This document shows, one piece after another, positions 40,024-49,436 of a stretch of 64,000 bases of DNA. The notes below the pieces were generated by a model. The model was not told where the DNA came from, searched no databases, and saw only the letters and a list, made by a program, of their open reading frames with translations. The stretch is from an uncultured Thermodesulfobacteriota bacterium (lineage in GTDB: Bacteria; Desulfobacterota; Desulfarculia; JACQYL01). Position numbers and translations under genes: made by a program. The first letter of the stretch is position 1, and each line of letters starts with the position of its first letter. Location: the NCBI GenBank assembly GCA_964597345.1, contig CAZQXK010000008.1:5991-69990 (forward strand), written 5' to 3'.

Positions 40024-40444
40024 AGTGTTGGTCGTGGACGATGAAAAGGATTTCGTGGAGATGTTTTCTCTGCGTCTCAAGGACGCAGGTGAACACGTGG
40101 ACGGGGTCTACAGCGGTCAGGAGTGTCTCGAGGCGCTGGAGAAGAAGGACTACGACGTGGTCATACTGGACATCAAGATGCCGGGCATGGACGGCATCGA
40201 GACCCTGCGCGAGATCAAACGCAGGCATCCCCTGGTCGAAGTCATGCTCCTCACGGGACATGGAGCCGTGGATACGGCGGTGGAGGGAATGAAGCTGGGG
40301 GCGTATGATTACTTAAACAAGCCGGCGGATTTCAAGGAGATTCTCGAAAAGCTGAAAGGCGCCCGGCAGAGAAAGGCGGAACAGGAGGAGCGGATTCGAA
40401 AGGCTGAAGCCCGCGCACTCGTCCGGAGAAGCGGAGACTTTTGA
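40004..40444 (+). CDS. Response regulator (receiver)
   Basis: VVDDE, LDIKMP, TGH, KP. Confidence 0.9.
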   Translation: MVKIPVEVLVVDDEKDFVEMFSLRLKDAGEHVDGVYSGQECLEALEKKDYDVVILDIKMPGMDGIETLREIKRRHPLVEVMLLTGHGAVDTAVEGMKLGAYDYLNKPADFKEILEKLKGARQRKAEQEERIRKAEARALVRRSGDF

Positions 40445-40515
40445 CTCCGTCATGACAGGGTCGCTCCCGCATGGGTGATTTCCATGAGGGACATGGGTGC
40501 GGCGCGGACCGGACC

Positions 40516-40573
40516 CCGGCTTCCTCGCCCGGGCGACGGCGTTTTGCGGAGGTCCCCGGGGCGAGGAAGCCGG
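40516..40573. terminator. 15-bp inverted repeat after the two-component operon
   Basis: CCGGCTTCCTCGCCC ... GGGCGAGGAAGCCGG, 28-nt loop. Confidence 0.4.
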
Positions 40574-40721
40574 TTTCCCGGCAGACCCGATGGGAGGAAC
40601 ACGCGGCTTGCGGCGTCCAAGGGAACCATGGGCGAACCCGCCGTGTTCGGATGGGTTCGGTTGAAAACGCCGGATACTGACATTCGTGTCGGGTGGTTTC
40701 CGATTTGTAGGGAGGTTCGAA

Positions 40722-41498
40722 ATGAAGACATCGGCGGGATTCCTGATGTCGGTATGGATTTTGGCCGCAGCGATCGGCGTGTGTGCGGCGGGGGAACCCT
40801 TGAGGATCGTCTGCAAGCACTTTCTGCATGGGATGCCTCAAAGCGCCGCATCGACCCATGATCTTCTGATTCGGGATACGTATGCCTTGTCCTACAATCG
40901 CCATACGCGGTTTGCGGACTGGGTCGCATATCGTCTGGATGAGGTGACGGACGCCGGGGGCCACAGCCCCGTCTCACGATGGGCGGAAGATCCGTGGCTG
41001 GATGGGGCGGTGTCTCTCAAACCCGGAGACTACCAGGGAGCCCAGACCCTTCTGGGCTTGGACCGGGGACGCCTGGCGCCGCCCGAATCCTTCAAGGGAA
41101 GTCCCGAGGCATGGTACATGTCCAACGTGGTTCCCATGGACCTGAATCTCAAGAACGGACCCTGGCTGCGGCTCGAGGAACAGGAAAGGGACATGGTGCG
41201 TGGGGGCGCGGTGGTGTATGTGCTGGCGGGTCCCTTGTATGAGCGCGAAATGGAACGGCTTCCCGGCTTGGACGCTCCTCACGAAGTACCCTCCGGTTTC
41301 TGGAAGATCGTGGCCGTTCAGCCGGAAAAGGACTTGGCGTCCTTGAGGGTGGCCGGATTCATATTTGACCAGAAGACCCCTCCGGACAACCCCATCGACC
41401 GTCACGTAGTCCCCGTGGCCGAGATTCGAAAAAGAACGGGATTGCAGTTTTTCCCGGACTTAACCGAACAGATCCGTCGCACGCTGGAAGGTTCCTGA
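40722..41498 (+). CDS. Exported DNA/RNA non-specific endonuclease homolog with catalytic residues substituted
   Basis: Signal peptide, WVAYRL, DRGRLAP (canonical DRGHxAP), MSNVVP, LKNGPW.RLE, PSGFWK. Confidence 0.82.
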   Translation: MKTSAGFLMSVWILAAAIGVCAAGEPLRIVCKHFLHGMPQSAASTHDLLIRDTYALSYNRHTRFADWVAYRLDEVTDAGGHSPVSRWAEDPWLDGAVSLKPGDYQGAQTLLGLDRGRLAPPESFKGSPEAWYMSNVVPMDLNLKNGPWLRLEEQERDMVRGGAVVYVLAGPLYEREMERLPGLDAPHEVPSGFWKIVAVQPEKDLASLRVAGFIFDQKTPPDNPIDRHVVPVAEIRKRTGLQFFPDLTEQIRRTLEGS

Positions 41499-41582
41499 TC
41501 GACCCCCCGGAATCCCGGAGCATGCCGACAGGTCCTGCGAAAGGGAGAACGCCGCACGGGCTTTTACTCCGGCCCCTCCCTC

Positions 41583-44336
41583 CTATTTGAGAGCCCCGGC
41601 CTGTTTCAACTGATCGCAGCTCCACGTGTTGCCCATGGTGCATCCCCGGCGGAGATACTCGATTCCCAGATTTACGTTCCGCGTTACGCCGTACCCGTAA
41701 TAGTAAGCGTATCCCAGGCTTCCGCATCCGTTGGGATTCCCTCCCTCGCAGGCTTTCCGGAAGAGATTCACGGCTCCGGGCATGTCCTTGGCCACGCCGT
41801 TTCCATACATGTACATCCAGCCCAAATTGTTGCATCCCAAGGCATACGCCGCGTCACACGCCGCGCGATACAAGTCCGCCGCCCGCACCAGATCTTTGGG
41901 AACACCGTTCCCGTTCTGGTACAGCCACCCGAGATTGTTGCATCCCCGGGCGTCCCCGGAGTCGCAGGCTTTCCGGTAGAACTGAGAAGCCTGCATGTAA
42001 TCCCTCTGGACGCCGTACCCCTGTTCGAACATGTACCCGATGTTGGAGCACGCGATGGCTTCGCCCAGGTCACAGCCTCTGCGATAATACTGAGAAGCCT
42101 GGTAGTAATCCGGACTCACTCCGTATCCCTGTTCATACATCCACCCCAGATTGGTACAGCCCAATCCGTTCTGAAGGTCACACGCCTTCCGGTACAGGTC
42201 GACGGCCTGCGCATAATTCTGGGGTACTCCGTAGCCGTTTTGGTACAACCATCCCAGGTTGTTGCATCCCACGCCGTTGCCCAAATCGCATGCTTTGCGG
42301 TAGGAACCCGCGGCTTGGGCATAATCCACCTGCGCGCCCATTCCCTTTTCAAACATCCATCCCAGGTTGGCGCATCCCAGACCGTAGTCGGCGTCGCAGG
42401 CTTCCCGATACAACTCCAGCGCCTTTCCGACATCCCGCGGGACTCCGGTTCCGTTTTGGTACAGCCATCCCAGGTTGTTGCACCCCCGTGCGTTTCCGAG
42501 GTCGCATCCTTTCCGATAAAACTGAGCGGACTGTGTGTTGTCCAATTTGACCCCGTATCCTTTTTCATACATCCATCCCAGGTTGGCGCATCCCACGGCG
42601 TTACCCAGGTCGCATGCTTTGCGGTAATATCGGGCGGACTGAGAATAGTCCCGGACTACGCCGTACCCTTGCTCGAGAAGCCAGCCATAGTTGGCGCATC
42701 CGAGGGCGTTGTCCATATCGCAGGCCTTGCGATAGAGATCGGCCGCCCGAGTGTAGTCCTGGGAGACGCCGTAGCCGTTCTGGTACAGCCATCCCAGGTT
42801 GTTGCATCCCCGCCCGTCCCCCAAGTCACACGCCTTTTTGTAGAGCTGAAAGGCTTGGCCGTAGTCGAGTCGCACTCCATAACCCTGTTCATACATGTAT
42901 CCCAGGTTGGCGCACCCCACGGCGTTGCCCTGCTCACACCCCTTGCGGTAAAACACGGCGGCCTGGGCGAAGTCTTGGGTTACCCCGTAGCCCTTTTCGT
43001 ACATCCATCCCAGATTCGTCGATCCCAGGGCATTGCCCAAGTCCGAGGCGCGGCGGTACAGAGCCAGGGCCGTTTGATAGTTCTGCGGCACTCCGTCGCC
43101 GCTGTAATACTTATGTCCCAGATCGTTGCATTCACCCCCCGTTGCGCAATCCGGAATCCGCGGGGCTGCCTTGGCGTCCACCTTCTGGAGCGAGGTCTTC
43201 TTTTTTTCCGCGGCGGCTTCTTCCAGCTTCCGGCGTTCTTCGTCCAACTGCCGGCGCTGTTTTTCCAGATCCAGCTTCTGCCTTTCCAGTTCCGCTTTGG
43301 CTCGCAGGCTCTCCTGTTCCGCTTTGAGTCGATCCAACTCGAGACGTTGCCGTTCCAGTTCCACTTTTTGACGATCCAACTCGGCCCGTTCCCGCTCGAT
43401 ATCCTCGGATTCGGTGGTTTCCGGGGCGAGGACGTCACCGATCAGGAAGACGAATTCCCCCTCGCCGTCTCGTCCCATCTGCGGTGTTTGGGAAGCCCTC
43501 CACTGGGTCATGGCCGTCATGGATACCTGCGGCCGAAGGTATGCGGACAGCTCATCCGACGTCAGGATGCCGTCCCGGTTGGCATCGGCCGCACCCTGCA
43601 AGGCTCGGAGAAAGAAGTGCGTGAACAATCCGTTTCCCTTCCACTCCCGGGCCACTTCCCCGGCGCCGCCGGCCGTCATGACCAATCGCACGGGTTTGCC
43701 GGTCACCTGGAGCAGGTAGTCCTTGAGCGTCTTGGGAAGACCCACGGCGCGGGTGGAAAGGGCCAAACCGGAATAACAGCTGTCCGCGACGAACAGTACG
43801 TGTTTGCTGGGATACTCGGCGAACCAACTGACCAGGGTGTTCATGGAAATACCCGTGGATCGCACGTAATCTCTGCGGGCGTCTACGGGAAGGATGTATC
43901 CCATGGCCTGGTCCCCCTGGCCGCGGGACACCCCGTGTCCTGCATAGTAGATCAGAACACGGTCCCCCTTCTCCACGGTTTCGGGCAGAACATCTCCCAG
44001 CAGGCGGGTGATGGCTTCCCGCGTGGCGGCCTGGTCCAGGAGCAGAGTCGTCTTGAAACCGTGCTTCTCCAAGGCCGCGGCGACGTCTTTGGCGTCGCGT
44101 ACGGCTCCTGAAAGCCGGGTGATATCCTCATCCTGATACCTGTCGATACCGATGAGCACCGCATGAGACTGTTCGTACAGCCGAACTTCTCCCGTCAGTC
44201 CCTGGTAACCGCCCGCCGGCGCCCGGTACGTTACGCGGATTCCCCGTGTATCCGCGGCGGCGTTTCCCGCAAGGGCGAACAAGAGCGCCAGGACCAGTAT
44301 CCGCACGGCCATGGCTTTCCACATGCTCGTTCCCAT
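41583..44336 (-). CDS. Exported caspase-like (peptidase C14) protein with coiled coil and 14 Cys-containing Sel1-like repeats
   Basis: Signal peptide, LIGID.Y, YAGHG, ADSCYSG, 36-aa repeats GCxNLGWxYxxGxGVxxDxxxAxxxYRKAC. Confidence 0.9.
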   Translation of the reverse strand: MGTSMWKAMAVRILVLALLFALAGNAAADTRGIRVTYRAPAGGYQGLTGEVRLYEQSHAVLIGIDRYQDEDITRLSGAVRDAKDVAAALEKHGFKTTLLLDQAATREAITRLLGDVLPETVEKGDRVLIYYAGHGVSRGQGDQAMGYILPVDARRDYVRSTGISMNTLVSWFAEYPSKHVLFVADSCYSGLALSTRAVGLPKTLKDYLLQVTGKPVRLVMTAGGAGEVAREWKGNGLFTHFFLRALQGAADANRDGILTSDELSAYLRPQVSMTAMTQWRASQTPQMGRDGEGEFVFLIGDVLAPETTESEDIERERAELDRQKVELERQRLELDRLKAEQESLRAKAELERQKLDLEKQRRQLDEERRKLEEAAAEKKKTSLQKVDAKAAPRIPDCATGGECNDLGHKYYSGDGVPQNYQTALALYRRASDLGNALGSTNLGWMYEKGYGVTQDFAQAAVFYRKGCEQGNAVGCANLGYMYEQGYGVRLDYGQAFQLYKKACDLGDGRGCNNLGWLYQNGYGVSQDYTRAADLYRKACDMDNALGCANYGWLLEQGYGVVRDYSQSARYYRKACDLGNAVGCANLGWMYEKGYGVKLDNTQSAQFYRKGCDLGNARGCNNLGWLYQNGTGVPRDVGKALELYREACDADYGLGCANLGWMFEKGMGAQVDYAQAAGSYRKACDLGNGVGCNNLGWLYQNGYGVPQNYAQAVDLYRKACDLQNGLGCTNLGWMYEQGYGVSPDYYQASQYYRRGCDLGEAIACSNIGYMFEQGYGVQRDYMQASQFYRKACDSGDARGCNNLGWLYQNGNGVPKDLVRAADLYRAACDAAYALGCNNLGWMYMYGNGVAKDMPGAVNLFRKACEGGNPNGCGSLGYAYYYGYGVTRNVNLGIEYLRRGCTMGNTWSCDQLKQAGALK

Positions 44337-44574
44337 GATGGTCCCCTCCTGCATCGAATCCGCATGCGCGACCCCCGCCTTACGCATTCGGTTTCCAACG
44401 ATGCCTGGTTCCGTCGGCTTATCGGTACTTTCCTTCTGTGTATTAGTGTAGTTATTAGGGCCGATCTTGTCCAAGCCTAAACATGGAATAGAAATCGTAT
44501 TCCGAAACGAGGTCGTGCGGACACGCTATCTTGCACGGACAACGGATCCATGACGGCCTCCGGGCGCCGGTGTT

Positions 44575-45558
44575 TCAGAAAGCGGCGTTGACGCGGAGTG
44601 CGGCAAACGGTCCGTTGTTTATGTCCAACCGATTTCGTCCCCGGTCGCCGTAATCCTTGCCCTCGAAGTAGAACCGGTCAAAGGCGTATCCGCCGGAGAG
44701 GAACAGTTGCACCCTCTCGGCCAGGTCCAGGCGGAAACCTCCTTCCGCCCGCTTCTCGTAATAGAACAGGCGATGGTCCGTATCCTGCCGGTCCGCCCTC
44801 AGATACCTGTTTCCGGTCCACTGGAACCCTCCGAAAATCCAGGTCTTGGGGAGTATGCGAACATTCAGGCGGGTATTTACGTGTCGCAAGGGAAAGTAGG
44901 ATGCGTTCAGGACGACGTTCTCAAAAGGCGCGTATTGAATCCATGCGAAAGGAACCCCCACCATGGCGTGAAAGTCCCGGGAAGGCCGAAACGAATATCC
45001 GATGCCCGGAAGAGGGACGTAGTTCAAGAATTCCCGGTTGTTGGAAAAATGGATCAGGAACAGCCAGGCATTGTCCTGCTTATGGGGTATCCGAAGAAAA
45101 AGTGAGGCCTGAAGTTCCGTCTCATCGAATCCATGGAACGGTTTGTCGCTGGGAGAACCCACGGAAAAAGCCCCTCCGGCGATCCAGGCATTGTCCAGCC
45201 GATGACGGTACGTGGAACCTGCCCGCAGGTTCCACAGGGAGCCGGGAAAAGGCTCCAGGGTATCCGGCAGGACGGCGGTGGTACTCGTATCCTCCAGGCC
45301 CGCCGACGCGCTGATGGACCATTCGTGGTCGGGGGATTGGGACAGCGGAACGTTTAGGAATCCACGGTGGCGAAACAGCTTGAGGTCCCCTTCCTGCCTC
45401 TCCACGTCGGCGCGCGGATAGTGCTCCATGTCGTAGGCTGCGTGCAGATCCAGGAATCCCAAGGTGGGGGAGAACCACCACGGGATGGGAGGGGCCGCGT
45501 TGCACGGGACGGCGTGAAAGAAGATCGTGAAAACGATGAATAGGAGCCATTTCAGCAT
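44575..45558 (-). CDS. Probable outer-membrane beta-barrel protein
   Basis: Signal peptide, aromatic-rich alternating strands, C-terminal ALRVNAAF. Confidence 0.6.
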   Translation of the reverse strand: MLKWLLFIVFTIFFHAVPCNAAPPIPWWFSPTLGFLDLHAAYDMEHYPRADVERQEGDLKLFRHRGFLNVPLSQSPDHEWSISASAGLEDTSTTAVLPDTLEPFPGSLWNLRAGSTYRHRLDNAWIAGGAFSVGSPSDKPFHGFDETELQASLFLRIPHKQDNAWLFLIHFSNNREFLNYVPLPGIGYSFRPSRDFHAMVGVPFAWIQYAPFENVVLNASYFPLRHVNTRLNVRILPKTWIFGGFQWTGNRYLRADRQDTDHRLFYYEKRAEGGFRLDLAERVQLFLSGGYAFDRFYFEGKDYGDRGRNRLDINNGPFAALRVNAAF

Positions 45559-45630
45559 GATTGCGAACCTCCTTGAAAAAAAGGATCCGGCATGAAGGCC
45601 GGCGGTCTCGGACGGGGCTGGGTGCGGCGT

Positions 45631-47805
45631 CTACTCACCGTGCTGTTCTTTGGGCAGACCCACCATAAAGGTGGAGCCGACGCCCGGGGTGCTGCATACG
45701 AGAACCCGTCCTCCGTGCCCTTTCACGATGGCGTCCACACCGGCAAGACCCAAACCGTGCCCCTCCCGTTTGCCTGGAGTTCTACCCCGGTAAAACATGT
45801 TGAATATATGGGGCAATTCCTCGGGGCGGATGCCCAAGCCCTGGTCCGAAAACAACACAATCACCTCGTGTGGAGTTTCCCTGCCTTCCACCGTCACGGT
45901 GCTACCCGCTTCCGAGTACTTCAAGGCGTTTTCCAGGAGGTTGGTGAATACTCGTCGGAGCCGGGTTGCGTCCGCCTGAATGATGGGTAATGCGTCCAAA
46001 CCTTTTTCCACCACGCGGATGGAAGCCTGTTGAAACCGATGTTCGAAAAGCTCCAGGATGTCCTGTATCTCTTTGCCCACCTCCGTATCGTCGAAACGGA
46101 GCTTGAGACCTCCCGTTTCCAGGCGTGAGAAGTCCAGGAAGTCGTTTACCAGGGATTCGAGGCGACTCGATTCCCTTCCGATGACTTCCAGGAATCGGGT
46201 CAATTTCTCCTGAGGAAGGTCGCTGGAGCGGGACAGCAAGTGAGCGGCGAATCCATGAATGCCGACCAGGGGGGACTTCATGTCATGCGCGAACATGGAA
46301 ATGATATTGGCGCGCTCCGCTTCCAAGTTCTTGAGTTCGCTTATGTCCTGGAACACTTCCACTCCACCCGAGAGTTCGCCCCCCGACGTGTACAGGCATC
46401 CCGCATTGATTCGAACGGGTATCCGGGCGCCGTCCCTGCGGGTGATTTCGCTTTCCACGGAACTCCGCGAGTGAGGATGTTTCAGGGCGTTTCGGATAGG
46501 GCACGACGTGTGGCACAATTGTCCGTGAAGCACCTCATAACAGGGTTTTCCAACGGCTTCCTCACATTCGTACCCGGTCATGCGCGATCCTTCGGTGTTC
46601 ATACGTGTAATACGGAGGTTCGAGTCCATGGCCACGACGCCCACGGGCAGGTTATCGAAGAGAATCTCATATCGTTCCACCGCGTCTTGCAAAGCCTGTT
46701 CCAGTTCCTTCCGCTTGGTGATGTCCCGTATGGATTCCACGGCTCCCACGATGCTGCCGTCCGGATCACACAACGCCGCCGCTTTGGCCCACAAGTAAAT
46801 TCCTTCCGGACGGATACCGGGGACCCGGACTTCCGTGAGCAGCGTGTGGTTCTCGCGGTGAACAAAAGGATAGGTACGGGCCGCGGCCTCGTCCCAATCC
46901 ATGGCCAGGTCCGCCAGAACGGGCTTTCGCTCTTTCCAGAAGGGGAAGGCATACTCGTATCCGCTCTTGCCCTTTATGTGGGACGCCTTGATACCGGTTA
47001 ACTCCTCCATGGCGCGATTCCAAATGATCACTTCTCCCTGACGACTTACCACAAAGGTGGGATCGGGCAGAAAATCGATGATGTCCGCCAAGCGCCGCTC
47101 CGACCGGAGAATGGCCTCTTCCGCCCTCCGTTGCTCCGTGATATCCGTGATAAATCCTTCCAGAGCGATTGCTTCGCCGTGCTCGGAGTAAATCCCCATT
47201 CCTTGTTCCCAGACCCATTTCTCTTCTCCCGAAGCCGCGGAAATTCCGTAGTTCATCTGAAACGGCCTGCGTTCCTGCAGAGCGGTTTGCACCGTTTGCC
47301 AAACCCTTTCCCGGTCCTCGGAAAGAATGAGAGAAGCATACGCAATGGCCTGATTGTCCACCAGTTGCGCCGGTTCATAACCGGTGAGTTCCAGAGCGCC
47401 GATGCTCACGAACTCCATGGTCCAGTTTCGGTCGTTGCGGCAACGGTAGGCCATGCCGGGCAAGTTGTTTAACAGGGTGGAGAGGCGACGCCTGCTGTCC
47501 CGGAGTTCCATTTCCCTGTTTCTCAACTCTCGGGAGGCCGACTCCTGGAGCAGACTGTACAGGAAGAACGCCCACCACATGGGAAGCAAGGCTCCCAGAA
47601 GATCTTCGACGGTATCGAAGGCATCCGTAATGCCGGTCCACTCCAGCGTCAAACAAACGGCGTAGAGCATTGAAGTGATCAAGAGCCCGCAGAGTACGAA
47701 GCGGGAGTCATGGAAAGGCGTCCTTCCCCATCCGCGAAAGAGAAGCGCCAAGGCCGCCAGGACGCTTGAGAGGAACAGAACATCGAAGATGGCCACCGGA
47801 TGCAT
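45631..47805 (-). CDS. Histidine kinase with 3-TM N-terminus and three PAS domains
   Basis: FAHDMKSP, DQGLG, GHGLGL; ATG overlaps the upstream stop (TAATG). Confidence 0.9.
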   Translation of the reverse strand: MHPVAIFDVLFLSSVLAALALLFRGWGRTPFHDSRFVLCGLLITSMLYAVCLTLEWTGITDAFDTVEDLLGALLPMWWAFFLYSLLQESASRELRNREMELRDSRRRLSTLLNNLPGMAYRCRNDRNWTMEFVSIGALELTGYEPAQLVDNQAIAYASLILSEDRERVWQTVQTALQERRPFQMNYGISAASGEEKWVWEQGMGIYSEHGEAIALEGFITDITEQRRAEEAILRSERRLADIIDFLPDPTFVVSRQGEVIIWNRAMEELTGIKASHIKGKSGYEYAFPFWKERKPVLADLAMDWDEAAARTYPFVHRENHTLLTEVRVPGIRPEGIYLWAKAAALCDPDGSIVGAVESIRDITKRKELEQALQDAVERYEILFDNLPVGVVAMDSNLRITRMNTEGSRMTGYECEEAVGKPCYEVLHGQLCHTSCPIRNALKHPHSRSSVESEITRRDGARIPVRINAGCLYTSGGELSGGVEVFQDISELKNLEAERANIISMFAHDMKSPLVGIHGFAAHLLSRSSDLPQEKLTRFLEVIGRESSRLESLVNDFLDFSRLETGGLKLRFDDTEVGKEIQDILELFEHRFQQASIRVVEKGLDALPIIQADATRLRRVFTNLLENALKYSEAGSTVTVEGRETPHEVIVLFSDQGLGIRPEELPHIFNMFYRGRTPGKREGHGLGLAGVDAIVKGHGGRVLVCSTPGVGSTFMVGLPKEQHGE

Positions 47806-48080
47806 TACCGTTCCCCGTCGGCTCGCTGGAGCCGCTTCCATACCCACAGTGTGAGGAGGAGCGAACTGGCTGCGTAACAGGCATGTTCCAGCAGGTTGAG
47901 CAAGTCATGCCAGAAAAAACCCTCCAGAACCGTAAAACACCATGCAGCCACGAGCAGATATAAGGAAGCCGAAAGCAGCGGAGCATGAATTATGCGATTG
48001 AATGCGGATCGGTTTCTCAGGTGAAACGCCAGCACTCCGAGTCCCAGAAGAAGCATGATGAGTTCGTTTTCGAAGATCAT
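47805..48080 (-). CDS. Small 3-TM membrane protein translationally coupled to the kinase
   Basis: 91 aa, three hydrophobic segments, TAATG overlap. Confidence 0.68.
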   Translation of the reverse strand: MIFENELIMLLLGLGVLAFHLRNRSAFNRIIHAPLLSASLYLLVAAWCFTVLEGFFWHDLLNLLEHACYAASSLLLTLWVWKRLQRADGER

Positions 48081-48330
48081 ACGCTGTGAGTGGTCTACTC
48101 TTTATTGCGGGGTCCGTTGTCAGGCCGCCGAAAAACGGGCTTTGCCCAGTCGGCCGGCAGGGTTCGCGGCCACGAAGCGGCGATTCCGCAACAGAATCCA
48201 AGGAGACGAGGTTCCATGGACACTATGGGTTCGGACGCTCGATGAGATCCGGGATTTCACGAAAGAATTCGAAATCAGAATAGTTCAAGGAAGGCGGTCT
48301 GGCAATGCTTTTCCGAAGCGGATCGACCTA

Positions 48331-48494
48331 TCAGGCTGTTGAAAAACGCGATCTGCGTTCTCGCCTTTGGCGTGACGCTTACCCCTTCGTCATTGCGGCG
48401 TACTGGTTGTACGCCTCATTCCTCAGGATTCGCGCGGCTTGCATCTCATCGTTTTGCACCGGCCCGCCCGCTGTACGGTGTTTCAACGGACCGC
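48331..48494 (+). mobile_element. MITE-like repeat, full length
   Basis: CAGGCTGTTGAAAAAC left end, conserved core; TA on both flanks. Confidence 0.8.
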
Positions 48495-48774
48495 TACAGC
48501 GTCTCGGCCGCCGGGATCCGTCCCATCGTCTTGGCGAAAATACCGCCGCCGGACAGGTCCCGAGCGTGGCGGCGCATAGTTGCTTTCTCGTGGACACGGT
48601 TCTCCTTTATTTTCGAGGATTCCGCGCCTTGCACGCCATGGTATCTTCAGCAGTCCTGGGGACGACGCCGCCTTCAACGGTTTATCCGACGGATTGACGC
48701 GCCGGGCTGGCGGTGCTAATTTATATATAGGAAACCCATGAAGGGTTTAATCATTCTATGAAAGGAGAAACGGC

Positions 48775-49038
48775 ATGATTGGGAAACACGAGCATACGCA
48801 TCTGCATGCTCACGAACATGATCATGTGCATAGTCATGAGCATTCCCACGACGACAGCCGGCATGCTCACGAGCACCGGCATGTGCATGTTCATGAGCAC
48901 GTTCACGAACACATGCATGAGCATGTGCATGAGGGCGACGTCCACGAGCATGGCCACGATCACGCGGGCGAACACGGGACGCACGATCACGATCACTTCG
49001 GCCACTCCGCAGCCGTGCACGATCATACCCACGCCTGA
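48775..49038 (+). CDS. Histidine-rich small protein (35 His in 87 aa)
   Basis: HxHxH repeats, RBS AAAGGAGA 7 nt before ATG. Confidence 0.8.
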   Translation: MIGKHEHTHLHAHEHDHVHSHEHSHDDSRHAHEHRHVHVHEHVHEHMHEHVHEGDVHEHGHDHAGEHGTHDHDHFGHSAAVHDHTHA

Positions 49039-49286
49039 CCGGGCGCAAAGAACCGCATCAAGCAACGAAGGGAAGGTTTGCTCCTTCCCTTCTCGTTTCA
49101 GGAGCACTTCCCGATGTTTCCGGTTGTGTTCACGGAGGTGCGGTTCCGCCTTTGCTCTTCCTGAATCCCGGCCGTTCCCGCGGGACGAAGACTCCCGGGA
49201 CCCCGTCTTCCGCAACACATCTTTGGAGCCTGTCGAAGTTCCGCTCCCGAAAGGGCCGGGGCATGGCCCCGGGTTCGAGAATTCCA

Positions 49287-49313
49287 TCAAGTTCACGCCT
49301 GAAGCTCCGATAT
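49287..49313 (+). promoter_or_regulatory. Sigma28 (FliA)-type promoter of the MCP gene
   Basis: TCAAGTTC-N11-TCCGATAT versus TAAAGTTT-N11-GCCGATAA. Confidence 0.6.
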
Positions 49314-49436
49314 AAAAATCACACCGGACAACCAAATGACCGCCGGCGCCAAGTGCGAAGGCATGCACTTCGGCCGGGGAAGGGCGACTCGGTATCCGAT
49401 GAAGGCGCCTGGATTGTACGACAGATGGAGAACAGC

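Noticed and set aside
41583-43130. 108-bp periodic DNA repeats
   Set aside because: Explained by the Sel1 protein repeats; degenerate at third codon positions
48716-49048. Minus-strand ORF with HAH and RAR repeats
   Set aside because: Reverse-complement shadow of the His-rich gene, which has the RBS
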